64,000 nt of DNA, from the NCBI GenBank assembly GCA_965204735.1, contig OZ242008.1, forward strand, positions 1,408,001 through 1,472,000, given 5' to 3'. Position 1 is the first letter of the stretch, and each line of letters starts with the position of its first letter. This DNA is from Longimicrobiales bacterium (GTDB lineage: Bacteria; Gemmatimonadota; Gemmatimonadetes; Longimicrobiales; Gaopeijiaceae). The notes beneath the pieces were generated by a model. That model was not told the DNA's origin, did no database searches, and worked only from the letters and a program-made list of their open reading frames with translations. Below, piece by piece: positions 33,091-43,600 of this stretch. The translations under genes were made by a program, and so were the position numbers.

Positions 33091-33096
33091 GGTCAA
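33068..33096 (-). promoter_or_regulatory. Putative sigma70 promoter of lexA
   Basis: Minus strand TTGACC (33096-33091) - 17 nt - TACGCT (33073-33068). Confidence 0.6.
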
Positions 33097-33104
33097 GCGA
33101 AAGC

Positions 33105-34850
33105 GTGGGAAGCAGGTCGACCGGCGTCTCCAGCGACGCGGGCGTTCTCGATCGGATCGTGGCCACCAAGGAAGCGGAGGTCGCTCGCCTGCGGGCTCGG
33201 CGTCGGGAGCTCGCTCGGGCGGCGGAAGACGCTCCTCCGCCCCGTCCCGTCCTGGGTTCGATCGCCGCCAGCCCGCGCGTCGCCGTCTTCGCCGAGGTCA
33301 AGCGGCGGTCGCCGGGCGCCGGTCCGATCGCCCTCGACCTCGACCCTCCGGCGCTCTCCGCCGAGTACGAGGCGGGAGGCGCTCTGGCGGTGAGCGTGCT
33401 CACCGACGGTCCCTGGTTCGACGGCTCCCTCGAGGACCTGCGCGCCGTCGCCGGAGCCCGGCGGATTCCCGTCCTTCGGAAGGACTTCCTGATGGACGAG
33501 GTCCAGGTTTGGGAGACGCGCGCGGCGGGAGCGGACTTGGCCCTCCTGATCGTCCGGATTCTGGACCCGCTTCTGCTGGCGGACCTGAGGGCCATGGTCC
33601 ACGACCTGGGCATGACCGCCCTGGTGGAGGTCCACGACGAGGACGAAGTCGAGGCGGCGCTGAAGGCAGGCGCGCGCCTGGTGGGAGTCAACAACCGTGA
33701 CTTGGCGGCCTTTCGCACGGACCTCCAGGCGACCGAGCGGCTGGCGCCCCAGGTGCCGGGGGACGTGATGGTGGTCTCCGAGAGCGGGATCCGCGACGCC
33801 GCCGATGTCCAGCGCGCCGCGGCTGCGGGCGCCGACGCCGTGTTGGTGGGCGAAGCGCTGGTGCGGAGCGAGAACCCCCGGGAAGCAGTGGCGCAGATGG
33901 CCGCCGTCCCCAGGCGGACCACAGGAAAGCGGGCGGCGGCTCGGCCGGCGACGGGCAGACCCGTCTCGCCTCGGATGAAGCACGGGCCTGCGAGTCCGAG
34001 GATGCCGGGCGCGACGCCCGGGCCCGTCGTCGCCGAGGAGCGCGCGGGTCGCCGCGTCCGGGCGAAGGTGTGCGGGGTCGCGACCCCCAGCGACGCGGCG
34101 GCCGTGGCCGATGCGGGCGCCGACTACATCGGCGCGGTTCTGTCGCCGGGGCATGCGCGCAGCGTGTCCCCAGAACGGGCGGCGGACGTCTACGGGGCTT
34201 GTCCGGCGCGCCGAGTCGGCGTGTTCGTGGACGCGCCGCCGGACCGGGTCGTCGAGCTCGCGCGCCGTCTCTCTCTGCACGTGGTTCAGCTCCATGGGAG
34301 CGAAACGCCGGAAGTCGCGGCCCTGATCGGCGCCGCCGGACCATGGCAGGTGTGGAAGACCTTCCATGCGGCGGGCCCGGGCGGCCATGCGGCGGGCCCG
34401 GACGACCCCCCGGAAGGCGGGCGTTGCATGAGCGGATCGTCGATCGGCGCCGCCTCGGCGGGCGCTTCTTGGCCCGGTGCGGCCTGGCGAGGCAGGCCCT
34501 TGACCCGCGACGATCTGGCCGCGGCCGTCGCCGCCTATGCGGACGCCGTCGCGGGCGTTCTGGTCGACGCGTGGAGTCCCGGCGTTCCCGGCGGCGCCGG
34601 ACGGTCGTTCGCTTGGCAGGGCATCGGCGCGACGGTGCGCAGGGCCGCCGGCGCCTCCACCTTCGTCGCCGCCGGCGGAATGACGCCCGACAACGCCGCC
34701 GCGGCGGTGGACGCCCTTGCTCCCGACGTGCTGGACGCCAGCTCCGGCCTGGAGTCGGCCCCGGGCGCAAAGGACCCCGCCAAGGTCGGGGCCTTCGTGG
34801 CGGCGGTGCGCCGGGCCCGGCGGCCTTCCGGCACGGGACGACCCTCGTGA
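33105..34850 (+). CDS. trpC: Fused indole-3-glycerol-phosphate synthase / phosphoribosylanthranilate isomerase (TrpC-TrpF)
   Basis: [25 protein letters not shown]; then AKVCGV, VGVF, VQLHGSE, AGG, DASSGLE. Confidence 0.9.
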   Translation: MGSRSTGVSSDAGVLDRIVATKEAEVARLRARRRELARAAEDAPPPRPVLGSIAASPRVAVFAEVKRRSPGAGPIALDLDPPALSAEYEAGGALAVSVLTDGPWFDGSLEDLRAVAGARRIPVLRKDFLMDEVQVWETRAAGADLALLIVRILDPLLLADLRAMVHDLGMTALVEVHDEDEVEAALKAGARLVGVNNRDLAAFRTDLQATERLAPQVPGDVMVVSESGIRDAADVQRAAAAGADAVLVGEALVRSENPREAVAQMAAVPRRTTGKRAAARPATGRPVSPRMKHGPASPRMPGATPGPVVAEERAGRRVRAKVCGVATPSDAAAVADAGADYIGAVLSPGHARSVSPERAADVYGACPARRVGVFVDAPPDRVVELARRLSLHVVQLHGSETPEVAALIGAAGPWQVWKTFHAAGPGGHAAGPDDPPEGGRCMSGSSIGAASAGASWPGAAWRGRPLTRDDLAAAVAAYADAVAGVLVDAWSPGVPGGAGRSFAWQGIGATVRRAAGASTFVAAGGMTPDNAAAAVDALAPDVLDASSGLESAPGAKDPAKVGAFVAAVRRARRPSGTGRPS

Positions 34851-36073
34851 GCCGGACCTCCCGCCGCGCCGCACCGCCCCCCTCGGCGCCGGCCCGCTTC
34901 GGCCCCTACGGAGGACGCTACGTTCCCGAGACCCTGATCCCGGCGCTGAACCAGCTCGCGGCGGCCTACCGCAAGGCCTTGGCGGACCCCGAGTTCCAGG
35001 CCGACCTGCAGCGCCTCTCCGCCGAGTACGTCGGCCGCCCCACCCCCCTCTACCGAGCCCGGCGGGTCGAGGAAGCCGCCGGCGTGGGCCCCGTCTACCT
35101 CAAGCGGGAGGACCTTGCCCACACCGGCGCCCACAAGATCAACAACACGGTGGGGCAGGCGCTGCTGGCCAAGCGCATGAGAAAGCGCCGGATCATCGCC
35201 GAGACCGGCGCCGGACAGCACGGAGTCGCCACCGCCACCGCCTGCGCCCTCTTCGGCCTGGAGTGCGTGGTGTACATGGGCGCCGAGGACATGAGGCGCC
35301 AGTCCCTCAACGTCCACCGCATGGAGCTTCTCGGCGCCCAGGTCCGATCCGTCGGTTCGGGGACCCGGACCCTCAAGGACGCCACCAACGAGGCCCTTCG
35401 GGACTGGGTGGCCAGCGTGGAGGACACCCACTACGTCATCGGGTCGGTGGTCGGGCCGCACCCCTTTCCGGCCCTCGTGAGGGACCTGCAGGCGGTGATC
35501 GGGATCGAGGCGCGCCGCCAGATCGTCGAAGCCGAGAGACGGCTGCCCGGCACAGTGGTCGCCTGCGTGGGCGGCGGCTCCAACGCCATGGGCATCTTTC
35601 ACGCCTTCTTGGACGACGAGGACGTGGCGCTGGTCGGGGTCGAGGCCGCCGGGGCCGGGCTCGGCAGCGGCCGGACGTCGGCTTCTCTGGCCGAAGGGCG
35701 ACCGGGAGTCCTTCACGGCTCGCGGAGCTACCTGCTGCAGAACGCCGACGGCCAGATCGCGCCCGCCCACTCCGTCGCCGCGGGACTGGACTACCCGGGA
35801 GTCGGCCCCGAGCACGCCCACCTGAAGGACTCTGGCCGCGCCCGCTACGTCGCCGTCGACGACGCCTCGGCCGAGGCCGCCTTCCGTCTCCTGCCGCGCC
35901 TGGAGGGAATCATCCCGGCGCTGGAGTCGGCCCACGCTCTGGCGCACCTGCTGGACGCCGGCCCCCGCGACGAGCTGGCGCCGCCCGTCGTGGTTTGCCT
36001 CAGCGGCCGGGGCGACAAGGACGCCGCCCACGTCGCCGCGCCGGACGGGCCGTCGTCCGGCGGCCTCGCCTAG
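34847..36073 (+). CDS. trpB: Tryptophan synthase beta chain
   Basis: [44 protein letters not shown]. Confidence 0.97.
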   Translation: MSRTSRRAAPPPSAPARFGPYGGRYVPETLIPALNQLAAAYRKALADPEFQADLQRLSAEYVGRPTPLYRARRVEEAAGVGPVYLKREDLAHTGAHKINNTVGQALLAKRMRKRRIIAETGAGQHGVATATACALFGLECVVYMGAEDMRRQSLNVHRMELLGAQVRSVGSGTRTLKDATNEALRDWVASVEDTHYVIGSVVGPHPFPALVRDLQAVIGIEARRQIVEAERRLPGTVVACVGGGSNAMGIFHAFLDDEDVALVGVEAAGAGLGSGRTSASLAEGRPGVLHGSRSYLLQNADGQIAPAHSVAAGLDYPGVGPEHAHLKDSGRARYVAVDDASAEAAFRLLPRLEGIIPALESAHALAHLLDAGPRDELAPPVVVCLSGRGDKDAAHVAAPDGPSSGGLA

Positions 36074-36085
36074 CGACACGCGGAC

Positions 36086-36898
36086 GTGTCCACGCCGGCA
36101 CACGCCTCGACGGGACGGATCCGCGCCCGGTTCGCCGCGCTGGCGTCGCAGCGCCGGCCCGGGTTCGTCCCCTACCTGACCGCCGGCTACCCGACGCTGG
36201 CCCACACTCGGGAGCTGCTGGCCGGGCTGGCGGACGCCGGCGCCGACGTGATCGAGCTCGGCGTGCCGTTCAGCGACCCCATGGCCGACGGGCCCACCAT
36301 TCAGCGTTCGTGCCAAGGGGCCCTCGATGCCGGCGCCACCACCGACGGCGTGCTGGAGGTCCTCGCCGACCTCCGTCGCGTCAGCGAAGCGCCCGTCGTC
36401 CTCTTCTCCTACCTCAACCCCTTGATCGCTCGGGGGGTCGACGCCTTCCTCCGGGACGCGCTGGACGCCGGCGCCGACGGGATCCTCGCCACCGACCTGC
36501 CCCTGGGCGCGGACCCGGAGTTGGAGGCGCAGCTGACGGAGAGCCCCCTGGACTTGGTGCGGCTGATCGCTCCCACCACCACGGCGCTCCGGGCTTGCGA
36601 GATCGCTCACGCCAGCCAGGGCTTCGTCTACTACGTGGCGCGCACGGGAGTCACCGGCGTCCGGCCGGCGCTTCCGGAAGAGCTGGCTGCGGCGACGACA
36701 GGGGTCCGGGAGATGTCGCCGTGCCCCGTCGCGGTCGGGTTCGGCGTCTCGACCCCGGAGCAGGCCCGGCAGGTCGGGGCGGTCGCCGACGCCGCCGTGG
36801 TGGGCAGCGCCCTGGTGGACCGCCTGGACGAGGGCGGCGTGGCGGGCGCGCTGGCCCTGGCCCGGGAGCTGCGAAGGGCCCTGGACACGGCCCGGTAG
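36086..36898 (+). CDS. trpA: Tryptophan synthase alpha chain
   Basis: ELGVPFSDPMADGPTIQ, APTT, GVTG, VGFGV. Confidence 0.96.
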   Translation: MSTPAHASTGRIRARFAALASQRRPGFVPYLTAGYPTLAHTRELLAGLADAGADVIELGVPFSDPMADGPTIQRSCQGALDAGATTDGVLEVLADLRRVSEAPVVLFSYLNPLIARGVDAFLRDALDAGADGILATDLPLGADPELEAQLTESPLDLVRLIAPTTTALRACEIAHASQGFVYYVARTGVTGVRPALPEELAAATTGVREMSPCPVAVGFGVSTPEQARQVGAVADAAVVGSALVDRLDEGGVAGALALARELRRALDTAR

Positions 36899-36959
36899 GG
36901 GCTCCGCCCGCAAGCCGTTTTGCGAGCGCCCAGCGCGACGGCGGGCGATGTGTTCGCTC

Positions 36960-37063
36960 GCTTCACCCCGTCCCGACGCGCAGCCGGCGGAGCGGTTCAT
37001 GCTCCCTCCAGCGTCAGCGACGGCTTCTCTCGCTTGGCTTCACCCCGTCCCGACGCGCAGCCG
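36960..37063. repeat. 27-bp direct repeat duplicating the 3' end of the NFACT gene
   Basis: GCTTCACCCCGTCCCGACGCGCAGCCG at 36960-36986 and 37037-37063. Confidence 0.85.
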
Positions 37064-38938
37064 CTCCTCCAGCGCTGGATCGGGCGACACGAAGACGGTC
37101 TCGACCCGCTCCAGCGCCACCACCCCGGGCGGTGCGCCCCGGGGCTTGCGGACCCACTTGCGGCGAGTCCAGTCCACGGGCACGTGGCGCGCGCCTCGGG
37201 CGCCCGAGTGGTTGGCGGCCAGCGTAGCAGCTTCCTCCAGGTCGGTCGCCGGCGGACGCTCGGCCCGGGTCCAGCGCAGGACGACGTGCGCGCCGGCGGC
37301 GTGGCGAGCGTGCAGCCAGACGTCGTTCGGGCGCGAGTGGCGGAAGGTGAGGTCGTCGTTCCGTCCCGCGCCCCGGCCGACGCGAACCTCCAGGCCGCCC
37401 GAGCTGCGGTAGCGCCGGTAGGGAAGGGCGGGGGCGTCGTGGGCGCGTGGTCCCTTGCGCTTCGGCGACGCGGGCAGCACGGCCTCCAGCTCCTCCCGCG
37501 CGAGCTTGCCCCGGCGGTGGAGGCGCGCGGCCGCTGCGACTTGGTCCAGCGCCGCTTTGGTCCGGCGGATCCGTCGGGCCAGCTTGGCCGCGCCGCGCTC
37601 CATCCGGGCCGCCAAGCGGAAGCGCGCGTCCGCGTTCTCGTGCGGCCGCAGGGCCGGGTCCAGCTCCAGCGTCCGCGCCTTGCCGTCGAAGCCCGTCAAG
37701 ACGACCCGCCCGCTTCCACGCCCGATCTGCCCGAGCGACGCCAGAATCAAGGCCGCCTCCTCGCGGAGCCGGTTCGCTTGGCCAGTCCTGTCCAGCTGGC
37801 CGCGCAGGGCGCCCAGCTTGCGCTCCAGGCGGCGGCTCTCCCGATCCAGCGCGCGCGTCTCGGCGTCCCGCCCGTCGATCGCGCCCAAAGGACTGCCCGA
37901 CTCGGCGTCCGCCGCCGCCAGGACGGCGTCCATCCCGTGCAGCAGGCTCTCCACGGGGGTCGCCCGAAGGGCGCTCCCGGCCTTCGCGCCGGCTTCCCAT
38001 CCGCCGCCCAGGGGCGTGCCGCCCGCCCGCCCGTCGCCCGCCGGAGTCCCCTCCAGCGCCGCGCCCAACGGCCACGGATACGGCTGCAAGCCGGACGGGA
38101 GGCGGAGCAGGCAAGGCGCCGTCTCCGTCCCCTCCGCCAGAAGCCGCCACCGGCGGAACGCCGCCTCCGGCCCGTCCGCCGAGAGCAGCCAGGGGGCGTT
38201 GATCGGCGACACGTAGGCGACCTGCGAGATCCACCGCCGGACGGCCGCCGATTCCATTCCCTCGGCCCCGCGCACCGTCGAGGCGCCCGCTCGGTCTGCG
38301 CGCCCACCTGCTCCGGCCCGTGACCCCATCCATTCGGCCCCGCCCTCCGAGGCGCCGACTGCTTCCGCCGCCTCCGGGCCGGCCGGCCACGCGGCGAGCC
38401 ATTCGTCCATTTCCAGCCGTCCGTCCGCGCCCTTCCGCCGTCTGCCGCCGGGAGGCTCCCAAGGGGTCCCGATCCATGGCGCCGAGGTTGCCGTCCCCCT
38501 GGGGCCTCCCTTCGTTCGCGAGCCCTTGGTCCTTCCCGCGCCCGTCCCCGGCCGCAGCCGCTTCCGGACCACCAGCTGCGCCCCCTCCGCCCAGCACGCG
38601 TTCCATCGGTTCGCGGCGAACTCCAGGATCAAGGACGGATTCGCCTTCTTTCCCCGCACCCGACGGAACCGCAGCACGATGATCCGCTCGTCGGCCACCG
38701 CCCAAGTCGCCGCAAGGGTCGCGGGCAGCCGCTCGGCGTTCGGATCGGGGTCCGACGGGGGCCGCAGCACGACGGCGCCCCGTCCAGGAGCGAGCTCCGC
38801 CGCCAGCGTCGCCTCCCGAAAGTGGACGCGAACCGTCCGCCGCTCTCGCAAGAACTCCACTGCCGTCGTCCGCTTGCCTCCCAGCCTGGCCTGCACCTCC
38901 GCCGCCACGGCCCGGGCCAAGCACGGATCCCAGATCAC
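37040..38938 (-). CDS. NFACT/Rqc2 (RqcH/FbpA-like) RNA-binding protein
   Basis: ERIIVLRF...LILEF N-terminus; VGR..GRNDDLT, WLHARHAAGAHV, VDWT.RKWVRKP.G..PG.V NFACT-R domain. Confidence 0.85.
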   Translation of the reverse strand: MIWDPCLARAVAAEVQARLGGKRTTAVEFLRERRTVRVHFREATLAAELAPGRGAVVLRPPSDPDPNAERLPATLAATWAVADERIIVLRFRRVRGKKANPSLILEFAANRWNACWAEGAQLVVRKRLRPGTGAGRTKGSRTKGGPRGTATSAPWIGTPWEPPGGRRRKGADGRLEMDEWLAAWPAGPEAAEAVGASEGGAEWMGSRAGAGGRADRAGASTVRGAEGMESAAVRRWISQVAYVSPINAPWLLSADGPEAAFRRWRLLAEGTETAPCLLRLPSGLQPYPWPLGAALEGTPAGDGRAGGTPLGGGWEAGAKAGSALRATPVESLLHGMDAVLAAADAESGSPLGAIDGRDAETRALDRESRRLERKLGALRGQLDRTGQANRLREEAALILASLGQIGRGSGRVVLTGFDGKARTLELDPALRPHENADARFRLAARMERGAAKLARRIRRTKAALDQVAAAARLHRRGKLAREELEAVLPASPKRKGPRAHDAPALPYRRYRSSGGLEVRVGRGAGRNDDLTFRHSRPNDVWLHARHAAGAHVVLRWTRAERPPATDLEEAATLAANHSGARGARHVPVDWTRRKWVRKPRGAPPGVVALERVETVFVSPDPALEERLRVGTG

Positions 38939-39055
38939 CGCGCGTCTCCCGATTCGTTATCTTTGGGCGTCCCGGGGGGCCGACGCGCGCCCGAGGGCCC
39001 GGGAACGCTCGAGTCCCCGCCCGGGACCGTCGAGTCCCCAACACGGCGGTTCGAC

Positions 39056-39523
39056 ATGAAGGGCCTTCCCAGAACAGTGCTGCTGGCGGTGCTGGCGGTC
39101 GGAGTCGTGGTCCTGCTGGGGTCCGCGCTCATGCAGTGGGCGCCGGGAAAGACCTCCAGCCCCGCGGCTGCGCCCGGCGAGGACAGGGTGACCGTGGACG
39201 TGCGCAACGCGGGGGGCGTGTCGGGGATGGCCCGCGCCGCGACGAACCACTTGAGGAGCGCCGGATTCGACGTGGTGAGCATGGGGAATGCGGATCGCAT
39301 GGACAGCGAATCGTCGATCGTGATCGACCGGACCGGAAACTTGCGGGCGGCGGCCGAAGTGGCGGAAGCCCTGGGAATCGGAACCGTCGTCGCCATGCCG
39401 GACTCGAACCTCTTCGTGGACGTGACCGTAGAGCTTGGGTCGGGTTGGCAAGCGGCCAGGGTCGAGGAAGTCGCCCGCCGCTCCTTGCTCGACTGGTTCC
39501 GAGGCTTGGCGGGGTCTCGGTGA
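39056..39523 (+). CDS. LytR C-terminal domain-containing protein
   Basis: N-terminal TM; VDVRNAGGVSGMA, GNAD, DVTVELG. Confidence 0.8.
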   Translation: MKGLPRTVLLAVLAVGVVVLLGSALMQWAPGKTSSPAAAPGEDRVTVDVRNAGGVSGMARAATNHLRSAGFDVVSMGNADRMDSESSIVIDRTGNLRAAAEVAEALGIGTVVAMPDSNLFVDVTVELGSGWQAARVEEVARRSLLDWFRGLAGSR

Positions 39524-39566
39524 GGGTGAACGCGGACCGCAACGACAGGAAGGCAGTGGCGATCGA

Positions 39567-40409
39567 ATGACGAGCAGACGCAGGCCGAAGGCCGGGCGCC
39601 GAGCAGGCTCCCGCGAGAAGTCGAGGGTCCCGGACCGGGCGAGGAAGTCGCCGGCGAACCGAAGCCCGGCCCAGGGGCAGGCGGCGGCGGGAGCGGGGGG
39701 CGGAGGCGTTCTCTCTGGGGCGGCAAGGGTTGTTCGCTGGCTGTGGAGCTTTGAGCTGACTCGGCTGGTCGTGCTGGTCGTGGTGCTGGTGGTCGTCCTT
39801 CGGAGCTTCCTGATCCAGACGTTCGTGATCACGTCTGGTTCCATGGAGAACACCTTGCTGACCGGCGACTTCCTCGTAGTCAACCGAGCCGCCGTCGGCT
39901 CCCGAATCCCGTTCACGAACTTCCGCGTTCCCGGGTACTCGGAAGTGAAGCGGGGCGACATTCTGGTCTTCGACCCCCACCACGAGGAGAACATGACCGT
40001 GGTCAAGCGGCTCGTGGGGGTGCCGGGAGACACCCTCGAGATGAGGAACAAGGTCCTCCACCTGAACGGAGTCGCCCAGGAGGAACCCTACGTGGTCACG
40101 ACCCCGGAAGGCAGCGGGTTCCACGCAGGCATGCTCTGGCAACTGGAGCACCTGGTCGGCGGCCCACGAAGCGACTACAAGCCCACCCGAGACGACTGGG
40201 GGCCGATTGTGGTCCCGGCGCAACGCTACTTCATGCTGGGCGACAACAGGGACACCAGCCTCGACTCCCGCTTCTGGGGGTTCCTGGAGGGGTGGCGGTT
40301 CGAAGGCCGAGCCGTTGCGATCTACTTCTCCTACAACCGGGGCTCCTTCCGGCCCTTTCCCTGGATCAGAGAGATTCGCGCCAGCCGAATCGGGACGCTC
40401 GTGCGGTAG
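39567..40409 (+). CDS. lepB: Signal peptidase I
   Basis: ITSGSMENTLLTGD, VKRLVGVPGD, GDNRDTSLDSRFWG. Confidence 0.95.
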   Translation: MTSRRRPKAGRRAGSREKSRVPDRARKSPANRSPAQGQAAAGAGGGGVLSGAARVVRWLWSFELTRLVVLVVVLVVVLRSFLIQTFVITSGSMENTLLTGDFLVVNRAAVGSRIPFTNFRVPGYSEVKRGDILVFDPHHEENMTVVKRLVGVPGDTLEMRNKVLHLNGVAQEEPYVVTTPEGSGFHAGMLWQLEHLVGGPRSDYKPTRDDWGPIVVPAQRYFMLGDNRDTSLDSRFWGFLEGWRFEGRAVAIYFSYNRGSFRPFPWIREIRASRIGTLVR

Positions 40410-40581
40410 AGCTCGGCGCCGGAGGCCCCAGGGTCCGGTCCGCCGCTTCGGGTGGGCGTGCAGGAGCCTGTCGCCGGGCCGGCGTATATTGGATTGAAAT
40501 GGAAGACGACAACGATTTGGCAATAGGGAGAAAAGTCAAGTGAGGGAACACCTGAAGTTCTCTACTACAATCCTCAAGAAG

Positions 40582-40614
<33 letters not shown>

Positions 40615-40645
40615 TTGACACAAACAGGAAATATTGGTATAGATT
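40615..40645 (+). promoter_or_regulatory. Putative sigma70 promoter of the giant adhesin
   Basis: Consensus TTGACA at 40615, then TG-G-TATAGA (17-nt spacer) or TAGATT (19-nt spacer), in an AT-rich intergenic region. Confidence 0.6.
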
Positions 40646-40661
40646 AGGATTGTCGTCGTAG

Positions 40662-43600
40662 GTGTCGATACTACTTCCCGGTCGTCGCGACCGGTGGGCG
40701 CTCGCTCGAACCCCGGGCCTTGTTGCAGCCCTTGCCGCTCTGCTGGTCGGGCCCGGGGGAGTCGCGGCGCAGGAGTCGTTGCCCACGTTGTCGATTTCGT
40801 CTCCAAGCGTGGCGGAGGGCGCGGCGGACTCGACGGCGGCGCTGACCTTCCAGGTGACGTTGAGCGCGGCGAGCAGCCGGTCGGTGACGGTCGCATACGG
40901 CGACGCCCGAACGGGGACGGCGACGGTGACGCGGGACTACGCCGCGTTCAGCACTGTGATCCTGAGGTTCGCCCCGGGCGACACGGTGAAGAACTTCGAC
41001 GTGACGGTGAAGGGGGACTCGCTGCACGAGCCGAGCGAGACGGTGGTCGCAACGCTGAGCTCGCCGACGAACGCCACGATTGCGACGGGCACGGGCACGG
41101 GAACGATCACGGACGACGACGCCGCGCCGACGGCAACGCTGATCCTGTCGCCTTCCACGGTCCGCGAGGGCGTGCTCTGGGCGACGGTGCGGGCGCAGCT
41201 CGATGGGCGGTCGGCAGCGGCAACGACGATCACGGTGTCGGCGGCGGCGGGTGCGAACGCGGACTCGACCGACTTCGAGTTGAGTTCGAACAGGACGTTG
41301 ACGATTGCGGCGGAACAGATTGCGAGCCGGGGAAACGTGAGGATCACTGCCCTCGACAACGGCGTGGACGAGCCGAACAAGCAGGTGACGGTGTCGGGCA
41401 CGGTGTCGAACAGCATCGGCGGCTTCTCGAACCCTGCGGACGCCACGTTGACGATTCAGGACGACGAGGCGACGCCGAAGGTGAAGCTGGTGCTGTCGCG
41501 TTCGACGATCGACGAGAGCGGCGCAGACAACTCGGCCGTGGTGACGGCGACGATGAGCCCGCCGTCGGTGCAGTCGACGACGATCACGGTGGCTGTGGCG
41601 GCGGGGGGCGGCACAGACTCGACCGACTTCACCGCAAGCGCGAACAAGACGTTGACGATTGCGGCGGGCGACACGACGAGCACGGGCGCGGTGACGGTGA
41701 CGGCGGTGGACAACGACGTGGACGAGCCGAACAAGGTGGTGAGGGTGTCGGCGACGGCGACGAACACGCAGGGAGTCACGAACCCGGACGCCGCGACGCT
41801 GACGATCGCGGACGACGACGCGGCTTCCACGCTGTCGATCTCGTCGCCCAGCGTGGCGGAAGGCGCGGCGGACTCGACGGCGACGCTGACGTTCCAGGTG
41901 AAGTTGAGCGCGCCGAGCGAGCACCGGGTGACGGTGAAGATCAGCGACGCCCGGACGGGCACGGCGACCCTGGCCCAGGACTACGAAGTGTTCTCCGACC
42001 GGATATTGACGTTCGCCGCGGGCGACACGCTTGCGAGCTTCGGCGTGACGGTGCGCGGCGACACGCTGGACGAGCCGAACGAGACGGTGGTGGCGCAGCT
42101 GAGCCAGGCGACGAACGCGACGATTGCGACGGGCACGGGGACGGGGACGATCACGGACGACGACGCGGCGCCGACGGTGACGTTGACGGTGGGGCGCGGG
42201 TCGATCTGGGAGGGCGCGCCGGGGATCACGTGGACGACGGTGCGGGCCGCGTTGAGCGCGGCGTCGAGCGCTGCGACGACGGTGACGGTGAGTGCGGCGG
42301 CGGGCATGAACGCGGACTCGACGGACTTCGCGTTGAGCGCAAACAAGACGCTGACGATCGCGGCGGGCCAGACGCGCAGCACGGAAGACGTGCGGATCAA
42401 CGCGGTGGACAACGCGGTGGACGATCCGAACCGGCAGGTGACGTTGTCGGGGACGGTGTCGAACAGCATCGGGGGCTACTCGAACCCGGCTGACGTGACG
42501 GTGACGATCCAGGACGACGAGGCGACGCCGAAGGTGAAGCTGGTGTTGTCGCGTTCGACGGTCGCCGAGAGCGGCGCGAGCAACTCGACGACGGTGACGG
42601 CGACGATGAGCCCGGCGTCGGTGCAGGAGACGACGATCACGGTGGCCGTGGCGGCGGGCGCGGACGCGGACTCGACCGACTTCACGGTGAGCGCAAACAA
42701 GACGTTGACGATTGCGGCGGGCGACACGGTGAGCACGGGCGTGGTGAGCGTGACGGCGGTGGACAACGACCTGAACGAGCCGAACAAGAGCTTGACGGTG
42801 ACGGCGACGGCAACGAACACGCAGGGCGCAACGAACCCGGACGCCGTGGCCTTGACGATTGCGGACGACGACGGCCAGCCGTCGCTGTCGATCTCGTCGC
42901 CCAGCGTGGCGGAAGGCGCGGCGGGCACGACGGTGGCGTTGACGTTCCAGGTGAAGTTGAGCGCACCGAGCGGCCAGCGTGTGACGGTGAAGGTCGCCGA
43001 CGCGCGGACGGGGACGGCGACGCACTCGGCCGACTACTCGATCTTCTCGGACGCGGTGTTGAGCTTCGCTGCGGGCGACACGCTGAAGAGCTTCGACGTG
43101 ACGGTGGTGGGGGACGATCTGGACGAGCCGAACGAGACGGTGGTGGCGCAGTTGAGTCAGGCGACGAACGCGACGATTGCGACGGGCACGGGGACGGGGA
43201 CGATCACGGACGACGACGCGGCGCCGATGGTGACGTTGACGGTGGGGCGCGGGTCGATCTGGGAGGGCGCGCCGGGGATCACGTGGACGACGGTGCGGGC
43301 CGCGTTGAGCGCGGCGACGAGCGTTGCGACGACGGTGACGGTGAGTGCGGCGGCGGGCATGAACGCGGACTCGACGGACTTCGCGTTGAGCGCGAACAAG
43401 ACGCTGACGATCGCGGCGGGCCAGACGGCGAGCACGGAGGACGTGCGGATCAACGCGGTGGACAACGCGGTGGACGATCCGAACCGGCAGGTGACGTTGT
43501 CGGGCACGGTGTCGAACAGCATCGGGGGCTACTCGAACCCGGCGGACGTGACGGTGACGATCCAGGACGACGAGGCGACGCCGAAGGTGAAGCTGGTGTT

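Noticed and set aside
33105..34850. TrpC-TrpF fusion as a novelty
   Set aside because: A well-known fusion (e.g. E. coli); only the long linker is unusual.
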